This document shows, piece by piece, positions 30,006-40,341 of a DNA stretch of 64,000 nucleotides. The position numbers were made by a program, and so were the translations under genes. The stretch covers positions 265,174 to 329,173 of the forward strand of contig JASKOM010000001.1 of assembly GCA_030152305.1 (NCBI GenBank), in the 5' to 3' direction. This stretch comes from Campylobacterota bacterium. GTDB taxonomy: Bacteria; Campylobacterota; Campylobacteria; Campylobacterales; Thiovulaceae. Every line of letters begins with the position of its first letter. The stretch's first letter is position 1. The notes beneath the pieces were generated by a model, which made no database searches, was not told where the DNA came from, and saw only the letters and a list, made by a program, of their open reading frames with translations.

Positions 30006-30917
30006 ATGACAGAAATCGTTCAAATTGTGCCTCAAAAAATTGGGGACGAGAATTCTCAAGTTGTGTCAGCGAGAGATTTACATAAATTCTTAGGTGTCAA
30101 AAGACAATTTGCAAACTGGATAAAAGATCAAGTGAGACGAGGTCGCTTTAAAGAGAATATCGATTATATCGTTACTCAAGAGGTTGTTAACATTAATGTT
30201 AACAACCTCAATTTAGGTGGAAGACCTTCAATTGAATATTTCTTAACTCTTGAAACTGCTAAACATGTATCTTTAATGAGTGAGACAGAAAAAGGTTATG
30301 AAGTTCGAAACTATTTTATTCGGATTGAAAAAGAGTATTTCAATTTAAAAGCTCAAGAGTTTGCTAATCAAGAATTAGAAAAATATAAACAATCTCAATC
30401 GCAAAGTCAAAATCCAAAACTTGAGTTAATCAAAGTTCGTGGAAATGGAAAAATTATTCGAAGATCTTTCACGGATGTAGTTAAAGATTTTATCGTTAAT
30501 GCAAAATCGCAAGGTAGTCAAAATGCTGATCGTTATTATTTAATTTTCACGATTGAAATTTATCGAAAACTTGGCTTGATAAAAACGAATAAAGATTTTG
30601 GCAAATTAAAAAATGCTATTTCTGAAATCAAATTGAATGAAGGCGATCTTAAACAATTAGATAAGCAATTTAACTTTCGAGATGAATTAGATGTTGAAAA
30701 CTTAACCGTTGTTAGTTCGTGTGAAATTATTGTTCAGCGAATTATCGAAACTGAAATGACAAAACAGACACCTTACAAACAAATTTTTCAAATTGCAAAA
30801 GCTCAACTTGCAACAATTTCAATCGCTTTTGAACCTTATATCGCAACTGCAAAACAGCAACTTGAATTTAAAAATACACTTTTTGAGTTTTTATTACTTG
30901 AAAATAAAGAATCTTAG
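30006..30917 (+). CDS. AntA-type + P63C-like protein (P3)
   Basis: 303 aa. Closest to P1: same FANWIKDQ and EYFLTLETAKHVSLMSETEKGYEVRNYFIRIEKEY, and the same ...ENKES end. Confidence 0.7.
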   Translation: MTEIVQIVPQKIGDENSQVVSARDLHKFLGVKRQFANWIKDQVRRGRFKENIDYIVTQEVVNINVNNLNLGGRPSIEYFLTLETAKHVSLMSETEKGYEVRNYFIRIEKEYFNLKAQEFANQELEKYKQSQSQSQNPKLELIKVRGNGKIIRRSFTDVVKDFIVNAKSQGSQNADRYYLIFTIEIYRKLGLIKTNKDFGKLKNAISEIKLNEGDLKQLDKQFNFRDELDVENLTVVSSCEIIVQRIIETEMTKQTPYKQIFQIAKAQLATISIAFEPYIATAKQQLEFKNTLFEFLLLENKES

Positions 30918-30922
30918 TTTTC

Positions 30923-30966
30923 GTCATCCTGAAGCAAACCCGTCATCCCGAATTCATTTCAGGATC
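30923..30966 (+). repeat. palindromic repeat element E8 (partial copy + full copy)
   Basis: GTCATCCTGAAGCAAACCC followed by GTCATCCCGAATTCATTTCAGGATC. Confidence 0.75.
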
Positions 30967-31027
30967 TAATTAAAAATTTTGCTACAATTCAAATCAAAAA
31001 ATTTTAAATTATTTGTTTTAAGTTTAT

Positions 31028-31148
31028 TTCAACAAGGCTTACCAAGTGCCTGTAACATAGCTCACAAGCTTTCTAGTCATTTGACTTGAAAGCCTTTTTG
31101 AAGTAAATTTTGAAGAGCCATGTTACGAAACTTGGTAACTTTCTAGCA
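31028..31148 (+). ncRNA. candidate structured leader / c4-like element upstream of P4
   Basis: TTACCAAGT (31039-31047) / ACTTGGTAA (31140-31148), plus the copy-specific GTAACATAGCTC (31052-31063) / GAGCCATGTTAC (31125-31136) with one A/C mismatch. Confidence 0.45.
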
Positions 31149-31198
31149 ACTCTTCAGCAAAAAAATTTATTTTAATTCAATAATTTACCAAGTAAAAA

Positions 31199-32116
31199 AT
31201 GATGGAAATCGTGAAAATATTGCCTCAAAAAATTGGGGAAGAGAATTCTCAAGCTGTTTCAGCGAGAGATTTACATAAGTTTTTAGGTGTAAAAAAGAAG
31301 TTTGCAGACTGGATCAAAGATCAATTTGAGAGAGGTCGTTTCGAAGAAAATATCGACTATTCCACTGTTCCCCTAAAAGGGAAGAGTGAAAAAGTAACAC
31401 TTTTTGATAATGGTTTATACCGTAACCAACACGGTCAAGTTGTAACTGTTGATTATTTTTTAACAGTTGAGACAGCTAAATTAATTGCTTTTATTAGCGA
31501 AACTGAAAAAGGTCACGAAATAAAAAAGTATTTTCTCAAAGTTGAACGAGAATATTGGGAATTAAAAATTCAGGAAGCCGTTGAGCAAGATCGAAAAAAT
31601 CACAATCCAAAACTTGAGTTAATCAAAGTTCGCGGAAATGGAAAAATTATTCGAAGATCTTTCACGGATACAGTTAAAGATTTTATCGTTTATGCAAAAT
31701 CGCAAGGTAGTCAAAATGCTGATCGTTATTATTTAATTTTCACGATTGAGATTTATAGAAAACTTGGCTTAATAAAAACGAATAAAGATTTTGGCAAATT
31801 AAAAAATGCGATTTCTGAAATAAAACTAAATGATGAAGATCTTAAAAAACTAGATAAACAATTTAACTTTCGAGATGAATTAGATGTTGAAAACTTAACA
31901 GTTGTTAGTTCATGTGAAATTATTGTTCAGCGAATTATCGAAGATGAAATGTCAAAACAAACTCACTACAAAACAATTTTTCAAATTGCAAAAGCTCAAC
32001 TTTCAACAATTCAAATCGCATTCGAGCCTTATATCGCAACTGCAAAACAGCAACTTGAATTTAAAGGGACTTTGTTTGAGTTTTTATTACTTGAAAATAA
32101 TCCTGTTGTGAATTAA
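31199..32116 (+). CDS. AntA-type + P63C-like protein (P4)
   Basis: 305 aa. C-terminal two-thirds are near-identical to P2 (...ENNPVVN end). The segment between ENIDY and DYFLT is unique. Confidence 0.7.
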   Translation: MMEIVKILPQKIGEENSQAVSARDLHKFLGVKKKFADWIKDQFERGRFEENIDYSTVPLKGKSEKVTLFDNGLYRNQHGQVVTVDYFLTVETAKLIAFISETEKGHEIKKYFLKVEREYWELKIQEAVEQDRKNHNPKLELIKVRGNGKIIRRSFTDTVKDFIVYAKSQGSQNADRYYLIFTIEIYRKLGLIKTNKDFGKLKNAISEIKLNDEDLKKLDKQFNFRDELDVENLTVVSSCEIIVQRIIEDEMSKQTHYKTIFQIAKAQLSTIQIAFEPYIATAKQQLEFKGTLFEFLLLENNPVVN

Positions 32117-32199
32117 TTCAGAATGACAAACTTCTTCGTCATTCCAGTTTAAACCTCATCGCTAAGCTATAATTTCCAGTAAAAAAATGGATATTTATA

Positions 32200-34632
32200 A
32201 TGGAATATAAAGCTAAAGAAATAGAAAGTTTTTGGCAAAAACATTGGTTAGATAACCGACTTTTTGAACCTGAAGAAAACAGCTTAAAATCTAAAAAATA
32301 TGTTTTGAGCATGTTTCCGTATCCGTCGGGACGAATTCATATGGGACATGTCCGAAATTACACGATTGGCGATGCTTTTGCTCGATATTATCGTAAAAGC
32401 GGTTTTAATGTTCTTCATCCAATTGGTTGGGACAGTTTTGGTATGCCAGCTGAAAATGCGGCAATAAAACATGCTGTTCATCCAAAAAAATGGACTTACG
32501 AAAATATAAGTTATATGCGAAATGAATTAAGATCTCTCGGTTTATCTTTTTCGTCTGAACGAGAATTTGCAACTTCTGATCCAGATTATACGAAATTTGA
32601 ACAAGAATTTATTATCGATTTATGGAATCGTGGGCTTTTATATAAAAAGAAATCTCATTTAAATTGGTGTCCAAATGATCAAACGATTCTTGCAAATGAA
32701 CAAGTTATCGAAGGTCATTGTTGGCGATGTGATACTGAAATCGAACAAAAAGAGATGGAGCAATATTATTTAAAAATTACTGATTATGCTGATGAACTTT
32801 TGTCTGATCTTAAAAAATTAGATCAATGGCCAAATCAAGTTAAATTAATGCAAGAAAACTGGATTGGCAAAAGTCGAGGTTTAAAATTTAATTTTAAATT
32901 AGATAATTCGACCTCATCGCAAATAAATAATATCGAAGTTTTCACAACTCGACCAGACACGATTTATGGAGTTTCGTATATTGCCGTTGCTCCTGAACAT
33001 AAACTTGTTGATGAGGTCTTAGAATCTGATCTTATTTCTCAAGATGATAAAGATCAAATTTTGGCAATCAGAAAAACTTCGCCTCGAGATCGAGCAACTC
33101 ACGAAAAAAGCGGAATTAATTTAAATATTTTCGCAATTCATCCATTGACAAACGAAAAAATTCCAGTTTGGACAGCTAATTTTGTTCTTGTTGATTACGG
33201 TTCAGGTGCAGTTATGTCAGTTCCAGCTCATGACGAACGAGATTTTTTATTTTCGCAAAAATATAATTTGCCAATTAAAATTTCTGTTCAGCCAAAAAAT
33301 AATTCGAATAATATAAATTTGCCATTTGTTGATGATGGTGTTTTAATTAATTCGGATAAGTTTTCTGGTTTAGAATCAGCTGAAGCTCGTGAAGCGATAA
33401 TTAACGAATTTGAAAATTTAAATTTAGGCAAAGCTGTTATTAATTATAAATTGCGAGATTGGGGAATTTCTCGTCAGCGATATTGGGGTGCACCAATTCC
33501 ATTAATTCATTGTTCGACATGCGGAACTGTTCCAGAAAAAATAGACAATTTACCTGTTGCACTTCCTGATGATGTTCAAATTACTGGCGAAGGTAATCCG
33601 CTTGATCATCATCCGAATTGGAAATATTGCAAATGTCCAGTTTGTGGCAAAGATGCAATTCGAGAGACTGACACACTTGATACTTTTGTTCAATCATCTT
33701 GGTATCACTTGCATTATACGGCTCAAAATCCAAAAAAAGATGCTTTCGGAAATATCGATTATTGGCTTCCAGTTGATCATTATATTGGCGGAATCGAACA
33801 TGCGATTCTTCATCTTTTATATTCGCGATTTTTTACAAAAGTTCTAAGAGATCTTGGCAAAATCAAAATTGACGAACCATTTACACATCTTTTGACTCAA
33901 GGCATGGTTTTAAAAGATGGTGCAAAAATGAGCAAATCAAAAGGTAATGTCGTTGATCCAGATGAAATAATCGAAAAATATGGTGCTGATACAGCTAGAT
34001 TATTTATTTTATTTACAGCTCCACCAACAAAAGAGCTTGAATGGAATGACAGTGCCGTTGAAGGAGCTTATAAATTTGTTCGTCGATTAGCTTTAAAAAG
34101 CGAATTTGCAAATCAATCTGTTTTAATTAATCAGCCAATTATTGATCATTCGTCGTTAAGCAAAGAAGAAAAATTCGCTCGTCGAAAAGTATTCGAAGCA
34201 TTAATGAGAAGTCGTGAAGTTTTCACAAAAACTTATACTTTTAATACTTTGATTGCTGGTGTAATGGAAGCAATGAATGCTCTTGAAGATCAAAATAATA
34301 TAAATATTTGGTCTGAAGGCTATTGGATTTTATTAAATATTCTTGAGCCAATTGTTCCTCATATTTCTTGGGAATTATCTAAAAATTTATTCGATTTAAA
34401 TAATTTAAATAACGAAATAAATATTTATGATGAGGTTTTTCAACTTGATCAAATTACTCTTGGAGTTAGTGTCAATGGCAAAAATCGAGCGGAAATTTCT
34501 GTTTCGCCTGATTCAACAGAAAATGAAATTATTGCAGTTGCAAAAAATAGTGTTTCAAAATGGCTTGACGGTAAAACGATAGTCAAAGAAATTCTTGTTC
34601 AGCGAAAACTCGTAAATCTCGTAATTAAATAA
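32200..34632 (+). CDS. leuS: leucine--tRNA ligase
   Basis: 810 aa with the HIGH-type [10 protein letters not shown] and KMSKS motifs and a CP1 editing domain. Confidence 0.95.
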   Translation: MEYKAKEIESFWQKHWLDNRLFEPEENSLKSKKYVLSMFPYPSGRIHMGHVRNYTIGDAFARYYRKSGFNVLHPIGWDSFGMPAENAAIKHAVHPKKWTYENISYMRNELRSLGLSFSSEREFATSDPDYTKFEQEFIIDLWNRGLLYKKKSHLNWCPNDQTILANEQVIEGHCWRCDTEIEQKEMEQYYLKITDYADELLSDLKKLDQWPNQVKLMQENWIGKSRGLKFNFKLDNSTSSQINNIEVFTTRPDTIYGVSYIAVAPEHKLVDEVLESDLISQDDKDQILAIRKTSPRDRATHEKSGINLNIFAIHPLTNEKIPVWTANFVLVDYGSGAVMSVPAHDERDFLFSQKYNLPIKISVQPKNNSNNINLPFVDDGVLINSDKFSGLESAEAREAIINEFENLNLGKAVINYKLRDWGISRQRYWGAPIPLIHCSTCGTVPEKIDNLPVALPDDVQITGEGNPLDHHPNWKYCKCPVCGKDAIRETDTLDTFVQSSWYHLHYTAQNPKKDAFGNIDYWLPVDHYIGGIEHAILHLLYSRFFTKVLRDLGKIKIDEPFTHLLTQGMVLKDGAKMSKSKGNVVDPDEIIEKYGADTARLFILFTAPPTKELEWNDSAVEGAYKFVRRLALKSEFANQSVLINQPIIDHSSLSKEEKFARRKVFEALMRSREVFTKTYTFNTLIAGVMEAMNALEDQNNINIWSEGYWILLNILEPIVPHISWELSKNLFDLNNLNNEINIYDEVFQLDQITLGVSVNGKNRAEISVSPDSTENEIIAVAKNSVSKWLDGKTIVKEILVQRKLVNLVIK

Positions 34633-34638
34633 TAAATT

Positions 34639-35850
34639 TTGATAGATAAAAATTCGTCAAATATTAAAAATTCAGTTCATGGATTTTTTTTATCTGTTGG
34701 AACAACTGTTGCTGAACCTTCTACGATTTTGCCTTTAATTGTTCATCATTTTTCTGGTAGTTCAATTTTAGTTGGCATTTTTGCCTCGCTTTTAAAAGGC
34801 GGTGCAATCTTCGTTCAAATGATCGCCGCATTTAAAGCTCAATCGTATAAATATATGATGCCATCGTTAAGATGGGTTTTTTTAATTAGATTTTTATCAT
34901 GGTTTGGCATCGGTTTAATTATTTATTTTGTCGGCAATATTAGCAATTTTTGGACATTGTTTGGAATTGCTTTTATGCTTTTTATTTTTTCGTTTTCATC
35001 GGGATTTGGAGCTGTATATTTTAAAGATATAATAGGCAAAATTTTTACTCGAAAATATCGGGCAAAAAGCATGGCTTCAAGACAATTTTTTTCTGGATTG
35101 GGAGCTATTTTGTCGGGAACTACCGCAGGTTGGTTTTTGGCAAGTTTCAATCCACCTGAAAGTTTTGCATATTTATTTATGTCAAGTGCAATTTTAATGG
35201 CAATCGGTTTAATCGCTTTTAGTTCAATTCCTGAACCCGTTAAACAAAAAATCGAAGAACCAAAAAGTAATTTTTTAGATTTTTTAAAAGAAAGTCATGA
35301 TTTTTTTAAAAATGATAAAAGATTGAGATTTAATATATTTGCAAATTTATATTCTTATGGCTACCTCATCGGATTACCGTTTATTATTTTAGATGCTCAA
35401 AATTATATAAAATTAGATGGTCATTTAATTGGTTTATTATTATCGAGTCAAATGACTGGAAGCATGTTAAGTAATATTTTATGGGGTTGGATTGCATCGA
35501 AAAATAATGGCGATGAGGTCGTAATTTATATTGCAACATTTTTAGGCATTTTAGCTTTTTTATTAGCTTTAATATTTCATGATATTTATATTTATGCAAT
35601 TATATTTTTTATATTAGGAGCTTCAATCGACGGAACAAGATTATCTTTTGGAAATTTAATAATCGAAATTTCACCAGAAGAACATCGACCGACTTATATC
35701 GCGATGAATTCTAATATTTCGTCTATTGGGCTATTTTTCCCGATTTTGGGCGGATTAATCGTCTCATTTAGTAATTATCAAATCGTTTATTTAATATCAA
35801 TTGCGATTTTATTATTATCTATTTTTTATCACAAAATATCTTTAAAATAA
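34639..35850 (+). CDS. MFS-type transporter
   Basis: 403 aa with about 12 TM segments. TTG start. Confidence 0.65.
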   Translation: MIDKNSSNIKNSVHGFFLSVGTTVAEPSTILPLIVHHFSGSSILVGIFASLLKGGAIFVQMIAAFKAQSYKYMMPSLRWVFLIRFLSWFGIGLIIYFVGNISNFWTLFGIAFMLFIFSFSSGFGAVYFKDIIGKIFTRKYRAKSMASRQFFSGLGAILSGTTAGWFLASFNPPESFAYLFMSSAILMAIGLIAFSSIPEPVKQKIEEPKSNFLDFLKESHDFFKNDKRLRFNIFANLYSYGYLIGLPFIILDAQNYIKLDGHLIGLLLSSQMTGSMLSNILWGWIASKNNGDEVVIYIATFLGILAFLLALIFHDIYIYAIIFFILGASIDGTRLSFGNLIIEISPEEHRPTYIAMNSNISSIGLFFPILGGLIVSFSNYQIVYLISIAILLLSIFYHKISLK

Positions 35851-35857
35851 AATACTC

Positions 35858-35890
35858 AAATAAGTTTAGTCTAGTTGGCTAAACTTATTT
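35858..35890 (+). promoter_or_regulatory. 12-bp perfect inverted repeat with 9-nt spacer abutting the groES -10 box (candidate heat-shock operator and/or terminator of the MFS gene)
   Basis: AAATAAGTTTAG-TCTAGTTGG-CTAAACTTATTT, with TATAAT at 35893-35898. The geometry is like CIRCE (9-nt spacer), but the sequence differs from TTAGCACTC-N9-GAGTGCTAA. Confidence 0.4.
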
Positions 35891-35964
35891 AATATAATTT
35901 TAAGAAATTGTTTTTTAAGATTTCAATCAAAATTTTAAAAATTAAAAAAATAAAAGGTCAATTT

Positions 35965-37865
<1,901 letters not shown>

Positions 37866-37911
37866 TAAATAATAAAATAAACAAATCTTCCAAACTAAAA
37901 TATAAAAAATA

Positions 37912-37948
37912 ACCTCATCGAATAAATAAAAAATATTCTCGATGAGGT
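37912..37948. terminator. bidirectional intrinsic terminator built from an inverted ACCTCATCG/CGATGAGGT pair
   Basis: ACCTCATCG-N19-CGATGAGGT flanked by A-runs and T-runs on both sides, between convergent groEL (+) and R4 (-). Confidence 0.6.
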
Positions 37949-37956
37949 TTTGCTTT

Positions 37957-38712
37957 TTACAAAACAGCTTTAATCTTCCACTTTAATTGACTAAACTTAC
38001 CATTTATCTCAATTCCAAAATCACGACCAGATTTTGTTAATTTCCAAACACCATTTTCACGAATTTGAAAACCTTTATGTTCGAGCATCAAATTAATCTC
38101 GACCGCTGATTTGTTGATCATTTTGCCTAATTCAGTTGGTAAGAAAAATTGATTTTCGAGATCAATCTCAAAATGTTCAAGCGGTGAAAAGTTATGAAAC
38201 TTGCGATAAAACTTATCGAGTCGGTAAAGAGTTGTTGGATTCATATTTTGTAAATTTGCAATTAACTTTTCGGTTGCCGTTAAATTATTATCAAGTTCAA
38301 TAATTTTTTCAGTTTCATTTCCAATTTCTGGAAGTTGTAGGTTTTGAGTTTGCGATTTCTTATTTTGCAAAAGTTCTCGCATTCGAAAGAATTCGCTAAC
38401 TAATCGAACTTTGAAATCTAAAACAATGTCGTTATTTCTCATCATCGAAATTAGTAAAGTTGCTTGTGCTTCGTTTAAATAGAAAGTTTTTTGTTCAACT
38501 TGCCCTCTATCTTTACCATTTTTTGTTGTTCTATCTAAACCCTCATTTTTAAAATGAATGTTTCCAAAAAACTCGAATTTATCGATGTGTTTGTTGATCA
38601 TGTTTGCGATTGAAACAGCTAAGTTTTCTGTTTTTTCTGCGATAACTCGATGAGAAATTCGAGGTTCGTTGTCGATGAGTTCGACGATATTTGTGTTAAA
38701 ATTTGAGTCCAT
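37957..38712 (-). CDS. Rha-type + KilAC-type protein (R4)
   Basis: 251 aa. IVELIDNEPRISHRVIAEKTENLAVSIANMINKHIDKFEFF... The C-terminal ~130 aa are near-identical to R1, R2 and B3. Confidence 0.75.
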   Translation of the reverse strand: MDSNFNTNIVELIDNEPRISHRVIAEKTENLAVSIANMINKHIDKFEFFGNIHFKNEGLDRTTKNGKDRGQVEQKTFYLNEAQATLLISMMRNNDIVLDFKVRLVSEFFRMRELLQNKKSQTQNLQLPEIGNETEKIIELDNNLTATEKLIANLQNMNPTTLYRLDKFYRKFHNFSPLEHFEIDLENQFFLPTELGKMINKSAVEINLMLEHKGFQIRENGVWKLTKSGRDFGIEINGKFSQLKWKIKAVL

Positions 38713-38828
38713 TTTTTATCTTTCGTAAAAAATTAAAGTTCAAGATGGAAGAGTTCCAAAAATCCGTCTTGACTGGACAATTATACTATTTTAAAATATC
38801 ATTTTCAATTTTAAGCATATAAAAATAT

Positions 38829-39083
38829 TTATCTTGTTTGAATTGCGATTAACTGACTCATGCTATTTTTAAAATTTTTAAACTCTTGCTCTTTTAGTAA
38901 TAAATTTAATGTTGTTTCAACTAAAAGTGAAATTGGTGTTTTATTATTTGCCCAATCAGAAACAGTATTTTTATTGACCCCTATTCTTTCCGCCAATTCT
39001 TTTTGAGTTATGCCCAATTCACGGCAGGTTTTTTTAACTAAGTTTTCTTGTTTGTCTTGTTCGGTTTTTTCAATTTTACTCAC
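38829..39083 (-). CDS. XRE/Cro-type HTH protein (H4)
   Basis: A GTG start at 39081-39083 follows AAAGGA and gives MSKIEKTEQDKQENLVKKTCRELGITQKELAERIGVNKNTVSDWANN... The ORF-track ATG at 39140 lies inside the last codons (KWKIKTII*) of the upstream gene. Confidence 0.7.
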   Translation of the reverse strand: MSKIEKTEQDKQENLVKKTCRELGITQKELAERIGVNKNTVSDWANNKTPISLLVETTLNLLLKEQEFKNFKNSMSQLIAIQTR

Positions 39084-39115
39084 GAATAAATCCTTTTGAT
39101 TTTCCGTAATTTTAA

Positions 39116-39874
39116 TTAAATTATCGTTTTTATCTTCCATTTTATTTGACTAAACTTACCAACGATCTCAATTCCAAATTCATTCCCCGATTTTGTTAAT
39201 TTCCAAACACCATTTTCACGAATTTGAAAACCTTTATGTTCGAGCATCAAATTAATCTCGACGGGACTTTTGTTAATCATTTTGCCTAATTCAGTTGGAA
39301 GGAAAAATTGCGAATCGAGATTAATCTCAAAATGTTCAAGCGGTGAAAAGTTATGAAACTTGCGATAAAACTTATCGAGTCGGTAAAGAGTTGTTGGCTT
39401 TTTTGATTCGAGGATTTCAATTAAATTTGAAGTTTCGAGAACATCGTTTTTTAATTCGATCATTTTGTCAGTTTCATTTCCAATTTCTGGAAGTTGTAGG
39501 TTTTGAGTTTGTGGCTGTTGAATTGAATAATTTCCAGTTTTGCGAATTGACGGAAGAACTTCACCAGCGATCCATTTTTGAAAAGGTAAAGCTTTCGGTT
39601 TATCTGAACGACCTATAAAAAAATATAATCCTTGTTCTGATAAAACAAGCATATTTCGGGTTATATTATTCATACGAATCGGTTTCGTATGAACCCATTC
39701 GTTAGGCACATTAGCAATTAAATTGCTATCAAATCGTTGATATTCTAAAGCAGTTGCAACATCTTTTGCGACAAACCAAATTGTCTCATTTGCAAAAATT
39801 GTCCTGATTTGATTACGATCTTCGAATAAAAATTGCGATTCAGAAGAGTTTTCTGATAAAATAGAGGAAGTCAT
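39116..39874 (-). CDS. Bro-N domain + KilAC-type protein (B3)
   Basis: 252 aa. IRTIFANETIWFVAKDVATALEY...LSEQGLYFFIGRSDKPKALPFQKWIAGEVLPSIRKTG is Bro-N. From QTQNLQLPEIGNET onward it is near-identical to the Rha-type paralogs. Confidence 0.8.
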   Translation of the reverse strand: MTSSILSENSSESQFLFEDRNQIRTIFANETIWFVAKDVATALEYQRFDSNLIANVPNEWVHTKPIRMNNITRNMLVLSEQGLYFFIGRSDKPKALPFQKWIAGEVLPSIRKTGNYSIQQPQTQNLQLPEIGNETDKMIELKNDVLETSNLIEILESKKPTTLYRLDKFYRKFHNFSPLEHFEINLDSQFFLPTELGKMINKSPVEINLMLEHKGFQIRENGVWKLTKSGNEFGIEIVGKFSQIKWKIKTII

Positions 39875-39946
39875 TTTGACCTTTAAAAATAAAATGATTA
39901 AGAAAGAAATATTTGCTGTGGTAGGTTGAATTTTCTTTCTGTTTTA

Positions 39947-40216
39947 TTATAATTGATTTAAAATCAAATTGTCAAGTTTATTTCTAAAATTTATTAATTC
40001 TGATTCAATATTTGACATTCTATTAATTTTTAATAATGCTTGAAATAATGTTTCTACTGTTTTAGGTATTTTTTGACCATTGCTCCATCGTGATAAAGCT
40101 TCTTGACTTACCCCTATTCGTTCCGCCAATTCCTTTTGAGTAATGCCTAATTCACGGCAGGTTTTTTTAACTAAGTTTTCTTGTTTGTCTTGTTCGGTTT
40201 TTTCAATTTTACTCAC
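39947..40216 (-). CDS. XRE/Cro-type HTH protein (H3)
   Basis: A GTG start at 40214-40216 follows AAAGGA and gives MSKIEKTEQDKQENLVKKTCRELGITQKELAERIGVSQEALSRWSNG... The ORF-track model (to 40366) reads through a palindromic repeat element. Confidence 0.7.
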   Translation of the reverse strand: MSKIEKTEQDKQENLVKKTCRELGITQKELAERIGVSQEALSRWSNGQKIPKTVETLFQALLKINRMSNIESELINFRNKLDNLILNQL

Positions 40217-40255
40217 GAATAAATCCTTTTGATTTTCCGTAATTTTAATATTTTT

Positions 40256-40332
40256 GGATTCTGAAACAAGTTGCAGGATGACAAGTTTTTTGTCATCCCG
40301 AAGCGATAGCTCCTGTAACTTGTTTCTGGATC
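40256..40332 (+). repeat. palindromic repeat element E10: inverted partner + long variant (MITE-like composite)
   Basis: GGATTCTGAAACAAGTTGCAGGATGAC (40256-40282), the spacer AAGTTTTTT, and GTCATCCCGAAGCGATAGCTCCTGTAACTTGTTTCTGGATC (40292-40332). AATTTTAAT is present on both sides. Confidence 0.75.
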
Positions 40333-40341
40333 TAATTTTAA

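Noticed and set aside
20602-31198. AntA leaders as integron attC sites or a retron msr/msd
   Set aside because: The variable-but-complementary hairpins superficially fit both. However, there is no integron integrase, no reverse transcriptase, and no RYYYAAC/GTTRRRY-type ends. Each element is tied to a paralogous gene start rather than a cassette 3' end. G:T versus A/C mismatches do not settle the strand (one case each way).
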